Of a stretch of DNA of 64,000 nucleotides, positions 17,858-28,210 are shown piece by piece. The stretch is from the NCBI GenBank assembly GCA_050248855.1, contig JBFWRP010000002.1, positions 32,001-96,000 of the forward strand, written 5' to 3'. Made by a program: the position numbers and the translations under genes. The notes under the pieces were generated by a model. The model was given only the letters and a program-made list of their open reading frames with translations, did no database searches and was not told the DNA's origin. The first letter of the stretch is position 1. Each line of letters opens with the position of its first letter. Source of the stretch: Planctomycetota bacterium. Lineage in GTDB: Bacteria > Planctomycetota > PLA2 > JAEUHO01.

Positions 17858-19003
17858 TCATGACAGTTCGTTCAACATGCGGCCCAGTTGACGGTAGCGG
17901 TTTACCGCCGCGTGGTAGTCCGACACGTCGGCCTTGTAGGCCGTAGGAGAGTATGCACGCTGCCCCAAGGCCTTGAGGTGCAGTCGCTCACAGATGTCGC
18001 CGAGGCGGGCCGCGGCGTCGTACAGAGCCGCGCAGTACTGCTGGAGCGTGTCCAGGGGTGCTTTCGGCATACGTCCTCCGCTGGCACGAATGTCGGCGCC
18101 GATCTCGGACAATCGGTGAGAGCAGGCCGTTAGGGAGCGCGCATGCGCTCCAAAGTCCACCCTCTTGAACAGCCCCGGGATCGGCACAACCCGCCGAACT
18201 GAGACCTTGAACACATCGTCGTGAATGGCGATGTAGTTGTGGAGGACGCTTCCGATTCGGGCAAGCATCTCTTGGCGGATTGCAGGGTGGCCGTAAGGAA
18301 CTGGCGGCCGGTCCTGGGGTTGGCGTCCGCCGCCTTGGTGACCACCGATGACACGATGCACGAACGCCTGATCCACTCGGCACCAGCCGGAGTCGCGCCC
18401 CCCCGTGCGTCGCAGTAGGTCGCCAAACTCCGCTTCGAGCGGAGCGTAATGATCGGAGTGCGTCAGGTACGCCCTGTTCTCATCTCTAGAATCGGTGTCC
18501 AGAAACACCAAGTCCGTGGCTGATCCCAGGTCATCGTTGTGCCCTGCTTCGCCCGCAAACCAGAATCGATCGCGGGGAACGTCGGGGTTCCCACCGAACT
18601 GCGTCCACAGACCGTACTTGAGCATCTCGATGATTCGATCATCGAGACTCAACTCAAAGGTGTGCATCTTCTCGATGAGTGCATCTCGCGTTGGCACAAT
18701 CCGCAGAACGTAGTTCGGCAGGATCCCGACGAAGCGAACCGCCTCGGGCTCCAAGCGGATTACCCCGTCCGCATCGGGCTCCCGCACCCACACCATGAAC
18801 TTGCGTGCTTGGTCGTGGTACAGCACGCTGCTGACCAGCCCTTGACAGCCACAGCCCGGGCACGTCGTCCAGTTCAAGCGGTTGTGCATCAGGTCGGCGC
18901 GAAGGTCCGGGCGCAGCGTCCCGTTGACCGACGACCAGTATGTCGCCTCGTAGGCTGTCAGGCAGACGCTGCACTCAAGCGTTTGGACCTCGGGCGTGCT
19001 CAT
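17858..19003 (-). CDS. CpXC domain protein
   Basis: CSVC..SVN....P.L...L......CPGCG..LYHD..L.EK; GGGGAG RBS. Confidence 0.75.
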   Translation of the reverse strand: MSTPEVQTLECSVCLTAYEATYWSSVNGTLRPDLRADLMHNRLNWTTCPGCGCQGLVSSVLYHDQARKFMVWVREPDADGVIRLEPEAVRFVGILPNYVLRIVPTRDALIEKMHTFELSLDDRIIEMLKYGLWTQFGGNPDVPRDRFWFAGEAGHNDDLGSATDLVFLDTDSRDENRAYLTHSDHYAPLEAEFGDLLRRTGGRDSGWCRVDQAFVHRVIGGHQGGGRQPQDRPPVPYGHPAIRQEMLARIGSVLHNYIAIHDDVFKVSVRRVVPIPGLFKRVDFGAHARSLTACSHRLSEIGADIRASGGRMPKAPLDTLQQYCAALYDAAARLGDICERLHLKALGQRAYSPTAYKADVSDYHAAVNRYRQLGRMLNELS

Positions 19004-19112
19004 GTCTCCCCCACGTGCGGCGGCTCCGCGACGTGGCGACGCCCCCGAGCGGCTGCCAAGCCGATCTGAGGTGCGCCGCGGACAAGCACGTTGACACAGC
19101 CCTCATGAAGTT

Positions 19113-19814
19113 CTACTTCTTGTCAGCGACGCAGGCCCGCTGGAACTCCGCCTTCCTCTTGACCAGCGCGGGCAGGGTCGTGAGGTCAACTTTCGAGATC
19201 GGGATCTGCACGTAGGGATGCGTCTGATCCCTACAAGTGCTGATTCTGAGGTGGCCGTCCACGATCTGGATGGCGTCCATGCTGTCAATGCCGTAGGGAC
19301 GAGCCCACCTGAAGCGTTGAAGTCGTCCTTGGATGGACGCCCTCAGAAGGGCCTCGTCGGTGGAGTCCTGATACACGCAGCCGTCGCCGTCGCGATAGGT
19401 GGGGAGAGACCGCAAGCCCTTGATCGTCGTGACTACGGTGGCGGAATCCGGAGGATAGTCGAGGGACTTGTAGGCCGGGTTCGCTCGCGCCCATATGCGA
19501 TCATCGCAGAGTCTTCGTCTCGCAGCCTTCAACTCCGCCTCGGCGGCCTCGCGCCACTTTCCCAGGCGGCGTACGTCCTTGGCCAGAATCACGATCCCCT
19601 TGAACGAAGGGGCGCGGTTGTGGTGCTGCCCCCAGCGCCCTGACATCCACTCTCGATAGCCGATCAGCGCCCTTTCGTGAGGGACGCTGTTCGCCGCGCA
19701 GCGTGCGCCCCAGGCTGGGCTGCCCTTCAGGTGGACGTGGTCTTCGGGGACGCCGTCGATGACGTTGATGCCAGACATCAAGTGGTTACTCCAAGGAGAA
19801 GGGCGCCAACTCAC
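19113..19814 (-). CDS. Hypothetical protein, start uncertain
   Basis: Longest ORF in the interval, co-oriented with its neighbours. Confidence 0.4.
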   Translation of the reverse strand: MSWRPSPWSNHLMSGINVIDGVPEDHVHLKGSPAWGARCAANSVPHERALIGYREWMSGRWGQHHNRAPSFKGIVILAKDVRRLGKWREAAEAELKAARRRLCDDRIWARANPAYKSLDYPPDSATVVTTIKGLRSLPTYRDGDGCVYQDSTDEALLRASIQGRLQRFRWARPYGIDSMDAIQIVDGHLRISTCRDQTHPYVQIPISKVDLTTLPALVKRKAEFQRACVADKK

Positions 19815-20044
19815 CTACATGAGTTGGCGCCCAGTGATTGCGCCAGCGCCCCGGCCCCTTCTGGGGCTATCGAGACGCTTACCGGCGCCTTCTTCGGTTC
19901 ATCCCCGCATGTGCGGAGAGAGGTGCCGCGTTGTAGGCCACGTGCGCCATGGAGAGTTAGATACAGGGTGATCTTGGACGGCGACCGGGAATCTCAGAAT
20001 CTCGCGAGCGGGCTCGCCGCCAGTGAATGACGGGCAATCGGTTG

Positions 20045-21943
20045 TCAGCCCCGTCCACCGGCCGCCGAGCGCACCTCCAGGATCTGCGCGGGCGCCAGAC
20101 CCACGGACGAGTCCCTCTCGAAGCCCACCGTGCCATCGCCCTCAGGCACTCCAGGATGCGCTGTGGGCGCCACCTCCATGTCGGCGACATCGTCAGGGGA
20201 TTCTGCGCTGATCCACGTCTCCGGTGATTCTGCGGGGTCCTGCGCCAACTCAGGCTCGATCACGTCGCCGTTCTCATCGAGGCAGACGTACTCGCTTCCC
20301 AGGCCGGTCGCCCGATTGCCGAGGTAGACACACCTCACGAGGCCATCGACTTCCAATCGTCGTAGAAGTCTCCCCGCTGCGTCAGGATGTAGGCCCAAGA
20401 GACTCCCGGCGGTACTCCACGCCATCGCCACCCTACCGGCCTCGATCTTGCCCGATGACGAGGGTGACTGGCATGCTGCGAACATCACGTTGGCTAGTCT
20501 CTCCAGCCTCTCACGTGCGTCAGTTCTCTTGGCCGTGATCTTCCTTAGTGCCGGATGCGCCACCTCATGTGTCTGGATCCACTCGATCCACTTCCCCTTG
20601 CCCCCAAAGATCGGCATCTCCAAGTAGCAGCGCCGGAACTCCTGGAGGCTTTCCTCTTCCCCCGTCTTGCCGTCGTACGCCCTGAACCAAATCGAGTGGA
20701 CGTACTTGATCTCCCCTTCGCTTAGGGCTTGGTCATCAATGAATGATCGCCTCAACTCGACAACGATCTCGGCCATGATCGAGTTCCTACGACCAGCCCT
20801 TGGCCTCTCCGCTCTCTCCACCAGAGCCTCGATGTGCCTAACAAAGGATATGTCTGACACTCTGCTCTTGCTAAGTGCAGGACAATTACCACTCCTCTCG
20901 TGCGCGCGCTGAAGAGACCCTTGTGTCCTCTTGCTGTTGCCCTTTGTGGGAGGGGAGTGTCTGTTGTCTCCTATCTCGATCCTAGGGTTCACATCTCTCG
21001 GGGCCGCCAGGCCCCCCGAGCGCTTGCGCTCGGCTCTCTTGGTCTTGACCACAGGAGGTAGAGAGGAGAGTCTCGTCCTCTCTTCCAGGTCCATCGCCTC
21101 GACAAGACGGTCATCGACGCCCGGGAGAAGATCGCTCACATGATAGACCCTTGAGAAATCAGCCTCGATGACCTGGCAGATGTCCACATCGGAGAGGGTC
21201 ATCTCCTCTGGGCCTGACCAGGATCTTCCGAGACAGGTGGCGAGAGGGGAGTGATCTTTGTAATTGATGGATCCAGGCACCCGGAGCAGCCGAGACACGT
21301 CCTTTGCGTCGTCGGCCTGCTGGTGGGCCTCAACAAAGCGCTTGATGAGGGGGGCGGCCACCTTGGCTGTGAGAGGCTCTCGGAGGCTCCAGTAGACGTG
21401 GAGTCCGTGACCCGTCCAGACGGCCATGGTGGGCTGGGGGAGGCTGGAGAGGCCGTCCAGGGCGTCCTGGATGCCGTCGTAGGTGAGGCCGTCGATGTCG
21501 AGGGCGAAGGCAGGGCAGTCGAGCATGTTCTGAAGCCTGCTGTGTCCACTGCCTGTCTTGGCGGTGGAGACTCGGCGCCAGTACACGTGGTAGCCGAGGG
21601 CGATCTTCTCGTCTACGTACTTCCTGAGGAGGTCGGGGTTCCTTTTCAGTTTGCCAATGATGAACCGCTTGGCGGCCTTGCGCTTGACGGTTTGGCCGCC
21701 GAGGAGGTGTCGTCGTCCTCGTGAGTCTGTGATGACCTTGATCTTCTTCTTGAACATCAATGCTTGATGGATGGAGACAACTTCGATCCGCTGGTCATCC
21801 ATTGAGGCCGGGTAGAGATCGAGGATGATCGTGGGATCCAGGGAGATGGCCGAGCCGTTCACGTCGTCCTCCCATGCGGCGAAGGAGGAGAACGCCCCGT
21901 GCGCTGTGGGAGGGAAAGACGTACCGACGAGAACCTGAAGCAC
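20045..21943 (-). CDS. RepB-type (AEP) primase/replication initiator with C-terminal winged helix
   Basis: FALDIDG, VWTGHGLHVYW, DVSRLLRVPGSINYK; G.RN PriCT-like segment; C-terminal LGLHPDAAGRLLRRLEVDGLV. Start uncertain. Confidence 0.8.
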   Translation of the reverse strand: MLQVLVGTSFPPTAHGAFSSFAAWEDDVNGSAISLDPTIILDLYPASMDDQRIEVVSIHQALMFKKKIKVITDSRGRRHLLGGQTVKRKAAKRFIIGKLKRNPDLLRKYVDEKIALGYHVYWRRVSTAKTGSGHSRLQNMLDCPAFALDIDGLTYDGIQDALDGLSSLPQPTMAVWTGHGLHVYWSLREPLTAKVAAPLIKRFVEAHQQADDAKDVSRLLRVPGSINYKDHSPLATCLGRSWSGPEEMTLSDVDICQVIEADFSRVYHVSDLLPGVDDRLVEAMDLEERTRLSSLPPVVKTKRAERKRSGGLAAPRDVNPRIEIGDNRHSPPTKGNSKRTQGSLQRAHERSGNCPALSKSRVSDISFVRHIEALVERAERPRAGRRNSIMAEIVVELRRSFIDDQALSEGEIKYVHSIWFRAYDGKTGEEESLQEFRRCYLEMPIFGGKGKWIEWIQTHEVAHPALRKITAKRTDARERLERLANVMFAACQSPSSSGKIEAGRVAMAWSTAGSLLGLHPDAAGRLLRRLEVDGLVRCVYLGNRATGLGSEYVCLDENGDVIEPELAQDPAESPETWISAESPDDVADMEVAPTAHPGVPEGDGTVGFERDSSVGLAPAQILEVRSAAGGRG

Positions 21944-22399
21944 GGCAACACGGGGCCACGTTGCCGGTAAGGCGTATCAAGAGCCAGCCCCGCTGAGCAG
22001 AGCGGATCGTAGTTATCAGGTATCTGCGTGGTGCGCATGTCCTCTCACAGCACCCTAGGTTTGCTTAGGGCGAAGTGCGAGGTCGCAACTTTTACTTGTT
22101 AACGGTACGGCTAGGCGTCGTGACGGCGGCCTGAAGGTGGGCCACGAACTTCGTCACCTGGTCGAAGAGGAAGCCCTCGTACTCCTTGAGGAGAGCCGTT
22201 GTGCGCTCGGCTTCGACCGTAGAAGGAGGTCATCAATGATCGGCTGCTCGGGCAGCCGCTCGACGACGGCGGTGCTCTCAATCCCCATGTTAGTTCGTCC
22301 GTCGTGGTGTCCTTCCCCCCCCTGCATCTACGTTTGCCCAAAACAAATGAGAGCCGGGCCAGCACGAGGCCAGCCCGGCTCGGGGTTCACACGAGAAGG

Positions 22400-23140
22400 T
22401 CACGCCGAGATGGGGCCTCGGCTCAGCACATGTACGCTTGAACGAAGCGCCTCGACCAGCGTCGAGTCCACGGCAAGCCCCGGCCACGCAAGCACCAAGC
22501 CGAGCGCACGCAGGAGCACGTCGAGCAACTCGCTTGGCTCGGCACAGGGGCCGCTCTGAACCTCCATCAGGAGGTCCGACGCGAGTTCAAGGGGTCTGAG
22601 GCCGGGGTGGCAAATGGCGCTCTCCGTGAGGGTGAACTGGGCTGTGTCACTTGTGGAGGCCTCCTGGGCATCAGCCCCCCTTGCACTTGCCTGGCGGATC
22701 TTCTCTCGACGTGCGTCCTGCCGGTCGTCGCTCGCTCTAAGACGCTCGCGCACGTGGTCTTGCGCTTGGACTCCGGTCCACCCGTGCGCCTTGGCCCTCT
22801 CCACTAGGTCGCCTGCGATCACCCTGACACGCTGAGCCTCGTCAGCGTCGAGATCATGCCTCCCCCGTAGCCCGGCCTCGCAGCGGCCGAGCCGTTCCGC
22901 TGCGCGGAGGACATCGATTCGGGCATCCGGCCACGTCTCGCCCCAGATGACCCACCTGACGCGGCGTTCTCTGATCATGTCCTCGCTCGGGGGGTCGCGG
23001 TGGCGCTCGACTAGGCCATCGTGGATTTCCTTGTCGGTGCATCCCGCCTGATGGCACGCGTGGTAACTCGCGCCCTCGTCCTTGGGATGGACGGCCGCCG
23101 CGGCTGCGGCGTCAAGAGACTTGCATTTCATGTCATTCAT
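22400..23140 (-). CDS. Hypothetical protein
   Basis: 246-aa helical ORF, GAGG upstream, divergent from the Dam-like gene. Confidence 0.5.
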   Translation of the reverse strand: MNDMKCKSLDAAAAAAVHPKDEGASYHACHQAGCTDKEIHDGLVERHRDPPSEDMIRERRVRWVIWGETWPDARIDVLRAAERLGRCEAGLRGRHDLDADEAQRVRVIAGDLVERAKAHGWTGVQAQDHVRERLRASDDRQDARREKIRQASARGADAQEASTSDTAQFTLTESAICHPGLRPLELASDLLMEVQSGPCAEPSELLDVLLRALGLVLAWPGLAVDSTLVEALRSSVHVLSRGPISA

Positions 23141-23228
23141 TCTCGGTACCTCGTGACTGCGACTACTCGCAACCTAGGTACGAGCGAGAGCAACCACGGC
23201 GTCATGCAAGCAACTCGTACATACCGGC

Positions 23229-24011
23229 ATGAAGAACGTCACGGCGCCGCTGCGCTACATTGGTGGCAAGCGATTCGCGATACCATTCATCCTCCCCCTC
23301 CTCGGGTCGTACGAGGAGTACCGAGAGCCATTCGTCGGGGGAGCGTCCGTGCTATCCGCCGCGGTGGAGCGAAAGCCCTTCGCCCTGTACTGGGCGAACG
23401 ACCTCGACGGGGACTTGGTGAACTTCTATCGCGTCCTACAGAGTGCGCCGAGGGCCCTTGCGGCAGCGCTCCTGAACGTTCACGACCGGAAGATGAGCCT
23501 TGACGGGAGACTCGTCTGGGACGAGTGTGCGCGCCCGGCGCGTAGCCGACTCGATCAGGCAGCGCGGTTTTGGCTCTTGAACGCATGTCGGTTCAACGGC
23601 GCGCCGGGCCGCGGATACACGCAGTGGTCATGGGCCGAGAACTTTTCACGTGGCCGGATCGAAGGACTCGCCGCCTGCGCGCAACTGCTCCACAGCGTGC
23701 AGTTCAGCGAGGGCGACTACGAGAGGCTCTTCGTGGCTCCGGGAAGCAGTGTGGTCATTTACGCGGATCCTCCCTACTGCGACAACGCAGACACCGGATT
23801 CTACCGGGGTCATGAATCCTTCGACCATGAGCGCCTACGTGAGGTTGCCATGGCATCTCCGCATCGTTGGGTCCTCTCCTACGATGATTCGCTCTTGATT
23901 CGTGACATGTACGCCGACTGCCACGTGCGCGAAATCACCTTCCCCTACGCCGGGAACAACGGCCGCCTCAAGCGTGAGTTGCTGATCTCAAATCGGCCCA
24001 TGCCCCAGTAG
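23229..24011 (+). CDS. Dam-family (D12 class) DNA adenine methyltransferase
   Basis: PLRYIGGK, YREPFVGGASV, ANDL, YADPPY, LSYDD, ELLISN. Confidence 0.92.
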   Translation: MKNVTAPLRYIGGKRFAIPFILPLLGSYEEYREPFVGGASVLSAAVERKPFALYWANDLDGDLVNFYRVLQSAPRALAAALLNVHDRKMSLDGRLVWDECARPARSRLDQAARFWLLNACRFNGAPGRGYTQWSWAENFSRGRIEGLAACAQLLHSVQFSEGDYERLFVAPGSSVVIYADPPYCDNADTGFYRGHESFDHERLREVAMASPHRWVLSYDDSLLIRDMYADCHVREITFPYAGNNGRLKRELLISNRPMPQ

Positions 24012-24290
24012 CAAATCCGACGGTCGTCGGGTTTGAGTCCCATGCCCGGCTAGCAGGCGCCCGCCCGGCGAAGGGACCACACCCGACGCTTCCCGGCGCC
24101 CGCCCAGGTGGTGCGTACGGGGCCGAATCGCTCCTCAGCCATGGTCGGTCCTCCTGGACGCTGCCTACGCCAGCCACCTCTACCAGGTGCGCGCATCCAT
24201 GATCAGTGGCCCGCTTCGCCAGCGTGATGCTGCGGCGCTGTTGGAAGAGGTCATCCGCCCGTTGCAGGAGTTGAGCGAGGTCGAGTCGGC

Positions 24291-25040
24291 CTAGGCGTCG
24301 ATGCGGGCTTCTTGGACGCAGGCGACGAAGCGGTCCCATGTATCGGCCGAGTCCCACGGCAGTTCCCCCAAGTCGGGGTGATTCCAGCCTCTGAGACCAA
24401 CCTCTTCGGTAGTGTCTCCGACATCGACGTAGAAGGCGCACCAGTTGATGTCGAAGTAGAAGTTGTCGGTGTTGCGCTGATGATCGTCATCGTAGAAACT
24501 ACCGTACTTGTCCTGCGCCCAGGCGTCGTGGATCTCGTCCTCGCCAAGCACCGTCAGGAGGCGAGTCCTGAGGTCGGCCCTCTTGTTCTCCTCTTCCTCG
24601 ATGTCCTCGATGTCTGAGTCGGCGTGGGCGACCCGCTCTGGACAGGTCATGTACTCACCATCGATCCACATGCCAACCCACTCGGCGGCCTTGTGCCACG
24701 CTCGCTCGCTGCGGATCTCTCGCTCCTTCTCGGGGCGAGGAGCGAGAGTGATCTCGCCCTTCTCGATCAGGATCTTGAGGCTATCCAGGTCGTCCCACGA
24801 GAAGATCGGCGCCCAGGGCAGGAGGATATCCCACCCTTCGGCGTCGAAAACCACGGGAACGTCCTTGTACCTCGTTTCGTAACATGACGGCCCTGACATC
24901 AAGACGAGCCGACCGACAGTCATGGTGACTTCGTCGTCCTCGTCGGACAGGTCTATCGACGGGTGGATGGATGGACTGGCGTCCATGAGAGCGCGCACCA
25001 AGAGGTAAACGTCAGTGAGGTCAGTGTCGGTGGTGGTCAT
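24291..25040 (-). CDS. Acidic hypothetical protein
   Basis: GGAGG RBS; ATGA overlap with the upstream gene; Asp/Glu-rich. Confidence 0.65.
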   Translation of the reverse strand: MTTTDTDLTDVYLLVRALMDASPSIHPSIDLSDEDDEVTMTVGRLVLMSGPSCYETRYKDVPVVFDAEGWDILLPWAPIFSWDDLDSLKILIEKGEITLAPRPEKEREIRSERAWHKAAEWVGMWIDGEYMTCPERVAHADSDIEDIEEEENKRADLRTRLLTVLGEDEIHDAWAQDKYGSFYDDDHQRNTDNFYFDINWCAFYVDVGDTTEEVGLRGWNHPDLGELPWDSADTWDRFVACVQEARIDA

Positions 25041-25519
25041 GGCTTCGCCTCCCACGCTGCGCTCTCCTCATATGCGGAGAGGAGGGTGAAGCCGAAGGCC
25101 TCGTCTATCCCGACAAGTCGATCCTTAACCTTGGCCAACTCCTTCAGGAGGGAGGCCTTAGTCTCTTCATCCTCCTCATCGGCCATCTCTGGGTAGTTGG
25201 TCTCTAGATTCTCTACTTCGCGGCGAACGTCGGCCAGGAGCGCTGCGAGGATGTCGCCGTCGGCCTCGTCCCAGTCTCGTCCAATGATCAGGCCCCTGTT
25301 GTAGTCGTCGGCGAGGCCTGTGGCGTCACGTCTCTGGGAGCCGTACTCCACATCGACCGCCCACCCGTCTTGTGAGATCAGGAGATAGACCGAGTCATAA
25401 GTGGTCTCCAAGATCAGGAAGACCACAACGCCGTTGTGCCTCGTTGCGTTCGGGGAGCAGAGAGCGTACCTCACTGCATTGGCGATGGCGTCAAGGTCGG
25501 TGTTATCGGCTGTGGTCAT
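25037..25519 (-). CDS. Acidic hypothetical protein
   Basis: GAGGA RBS before MTTADNTD; Asp/Glu-rich. Confidence 0.65.
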   Translation of the reverse strand: MTTADNTDLDAIANAVRYALCSPNATRHNGVVVFLILETTYDSVYLLISQDGWAVDVEYGSQRRDATGLADDYNRGLIIGRDWDEADGDILAALLADVRREVENLETNYPEMADEEDEETKASLLKELAKVKDRLVGIDEAFGFTLLSAYEESAAWEAKP

Positions 25520-25859
25520 GGGGTGATTCCTCTGCGCTCCTCTAGAAGCAAACCGGACACGTAGGCAGGCGGTCGCCGATCGCTCGGCGGACTTGCTCGG
25601 GCGTGTCGAGACAACTCTGCGTTGATGTAGCAGTTCAGGTGGGGGCCGACTCGCTGTCGCGTGACGGTCATCGGCTGCATCGGGCTGCTCTGAGGCGTGG
25701 AGGTAGGGTGCGGCGGTCGCATGCTGCCCTGGGCGCCGGTCATCCGCTTCAGGCCTCTCCTGACGGGAGCCGTCTCCCACCTATAGCGCTGCGGTGTCCC
25801 CTCGCCGAATCTGCGCCGGTTCACGTCCGTCGGCAGTAGCACTCGAAAGGGAAGGCTCA

Positions 25860-26945
25860 TCACAGGTCTCCACCCGACTGGTCTTCCCTAGGCCAATCGT
25901 CGAGCCCCATCTCCCGGAAAACGTCATCGACCGCCTTCCGAGTCTGGTCCTCGTCGTCAGGGCGCACCTCGCTCGCCGGGGAAGGACTGCAATCCTGCAA
26001 GTTTGCAGATTTGCAGCCCGCCTTCCCGAGGTCCACAGGGCGCCGGGGCCTCCCTCGCACCCGGAGCCCGATCGCGATCTCCCGTGACCAGGTCTCCTCG
26101 AAGCCATTGATCCAGTCGTACACGGCGCGCTGGGATGCGGTGATCCTCGGATGCGGCTCGACGAACTCCTCGAAGAGACGCTTCGTGTTCTTGTAGTTCC
26201 CCCCCAGGTGGGCCACGAGGACATCCACCTTGTCCTGGGGGAGAAGATCCACGTCGTCGAGGATGGCCGTCCGCCAGTCGTGGAGGCGAGCCGTGCTCGC
26301 GTGGAGGCGCTCTGCGTTGGCCAGGCAGCGAAAGTTTGGCTGGCTCATGAAGGGAAGGCAGCGGCTCCAGAAGTCGAAGACCTCCTGAACGCTTGCTCGG
26401 TACTGCGCTCTGTCCTGGACCTCTCGGGCAGGAGGAGCGAACCGCACCTTGATGGCTGCGCGGCTGACGATGGCCGCGATCTCAGGGTGGGCCATGTTCA
26501 GTGCGTTGAAGATCAGCAGGAACGGAGAGAGGGTCTCGAAGCGTCGAGCAAGGTCCGGCATCTCCTTGTCCCAGGTCAAAGTCCGAGGGCCGTCGCCGGA
26601 GTCGGTGAGCGCCCGCACGAGGGCGCGGAGTTCATCGCTCTTGTTCAGCGCGACATCCATGTCGTCGCCGATGATCGGTACGTCCTTGTGCTCTTGGGCG
26701 ATGCGGAAGAAGCCCTTGGCGCTCGCGGTGCCTCGTCCGGTGACCACTGGCGTATAGCCCAACCTACGCTTCGCCCGCCTGATGAGGCGGTCGATGGTGT
26801 CGGTCTTTGCCACGCCCGGCGCCGCCTGGACCATGGCGAACGGGATCTCCCCCTTGATTACGAGCCACGCGATCTCCTCGAACTCATCCAGCGTGGTGAT
26901 CACCCGCCAGTCTAGGTAGGCGGGACGAGGCTTCGGACGGGCCAT
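25860..26945 (-). CDS. Phage/mobile-element AAA-like ATPase with degenerate Walker A
   Basis: AGGAG RBS; APGVAKT Walker A-like, IIGDDMD Walker B, LLIFN sensor, AIVSR arginine finger. Confidence 0.65.
   Translation of the reverse strand: MARPKPRPAYLDWRVITTLDEFEEIAWLVIKGEIPFAMVQAAPGVAKTDTIDRLIRRAKRRLGYTPVVTGRGTASAKGFFRIAQEHKDVPIIGDDMDVALNKSDELRALVRALTDSGDGPRTLTWDKEMPDLARRFETLSPFLLIFNALNMAHPEIAAIVSRAAIKVRFAPPAREVQDRAQYRASVQEVFDFWSRCLPFMSQPNFRCLANAERLHASTARLHDWRTAILDDVDLLPQDKVDVLVAHLGGNYKNTKRLFEEFVEPHPRITASQRAVYDWINGFEETWSREIAIGLRVRGRPRRPVDLGKAGCKSANLQDCSPSPASEVRPDDEDQTRKAVDDVFREMGLDDWPREDQSGGDL
25987..26016. repeat. Four hexamers in inverted pairs with 8-bp period
   Basis: CTGCAA-TC-CTGCAA-GT-TTGCAG-AT-TTGCAG. 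Confidence 0.7.
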
Positions 26946-27299
26946 CTGGTTGCTCCTATCGGCGGTCTTGGCGTCGAGCACTCTGCCGTGGGTCGCACGA
27001 ATCTTATGAGGCGAGTCGAGACCTACGTCGCCGACGCGCCCTCTCTCCATTCATAGTCGCAATCCTGAGTTTGGAAAGGGCCCAACATGGATTCTGCGTT
27101 GCCTTGTTGCCTGGGAAACACCCGCTGCTGCATGAGTAGCAGCCATTGAACCCCACTTCCGAGTCCCGTGGGGCGTGCCGCAACGTTGTGCTCGCGCTTC
27201 GCATGATGCATGGGAAACAGATTGTGATTCCCGCGCCGACCTGGTGCGCAGCAGCGGGTGCGGAGCCAAACACTAGAACTGATTTTGATATCCCCCCCC

Positions 27300-27326
27300 T
27301 TGACAGACTCAGATCGCTGGTACGGT
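27300..27326 (+). promoter_or_regulatory. Candidate sigma70 promoter for the DUF5131 operon
   Basis: TTGACA, 15-bp spacer (short), TGg-TACGGT extended -10-like; AT-rich upstream. Confidence 0.3.
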
Positions 27327-27406
27327 GGATCATGCCAGCGCCGAACGCACGAGATCGCAGTTACGCATGTCCGCATCGGCGCATCGCGACAGGAGATCAG
27401 CGAGCG

Positions 27407-28210
27407 ATGTCTACACACACCACGATTGAGTGGACGGACCACACTTTCAATCCATGGCATGGATGCACGAAGGTCAGCCCAGAGTGCGCCAACTGCTATG
27501 CCTGCCTGTTCGACCGGAGGCAGATGCACGACGACAAGACTCACTGGGGTCGAGGAGCGCCTCGGATGCTCCTTTCCGACGGCAACTGGGGAAATCCCCT
27601 CGTCTGGCATCGAAGTGCGGAGCAACAGCGAAAGCGTCACAGGGTCTTCTGCGCATCCATGGCCGACGTGTTCGACGCAGAGGCGCCCGCCGCGGAGCGC
27701 CAGCGTCTGTGGGGGCTCATCGACGAGACGCCATGGCTTGACTGGCAGGTGCTAACGAAGCGCCCAGAGTACATCCTGGAGATGATTCCGGAGCGGTGGC
27801 TCGACGCTCCGCCGTCAAACGTCTGGTACGGAGCCAGTGTCGGCATCTCCGACACGACTTGGCGCATCGACGCCCTGCGTGAAGTGCCTGCCGTCGTGCG
27901 ATTTCTCTCGGTGGAGCCCCTGCTCGGGCCGCTCCCCGACCTCGACCTTGAGGGCATCTCCTGGGTGATCGCTGGTGGCGAGTCCGGGCCGAGGGCCCGT
28001 CCGATGCACATCGACTGGGTTCGCGGCATCCGCGACCAGGTTGTTGCGGCGGGCATCCCCTTCTTCTTCAAGCAGTGGGGCCAGCATGACGCGCACGGCG
28101 TGCGCCAGCGCAGCAAGAGCGCTGCGGGACGCGTCCTCGATGACCGGACCTGGGATCAGTTCCCGGTGCCCGGCAAGCCGATGCCGCGGATCGCGAAGGG
28201 AGTGCGGTGA
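27407..28210 (+). CDS. DUF5131 (phage Gp37/Gp68) radical-SAM-like protein
   Basis: TTIEWTDHTFNPWHGCTKVSPECANCYA, VFCASMADVF, LTKRP, FLSVEPLLGP, GGESG, FFFKQWG. Confidence 0.92.
   Translation: MSTHTTIEWTDHTFNPWHGCTKVSPECANCYACLFDRRQMHDDKTHWGRGAPRMLLSDGNWGNPLVWHRSAEQQRKRHRVFCASMADVFDAEAPAAERQRLWGLIDETPWLDWQVLTKRPEYILEMIPERWLDAPPSNVWYGASVGISDTTWRIDALREVPAVVRFLSVEPLLGPLPDLDLEGISWVIAGGESGPRARPMHIDWVRGIRDQVVAAGIPFFFKQWGQHDAHGVRQRSKSAAGRVLDDRTWDQFPVPGKPMPRIAKGVR

Noticed and set aside
22050..22105. Imperfect dyads upstream of the primase as an origin
   Set aside because: Short and mismatched; cannot be told from chance without homologues.
25516..25863. 115-aa ORF overlapping both neighbours by 4 bp
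   Set aside because: Low-complexity Pro/Arg/Ser sequence with no motif; coupling alone is not enough.
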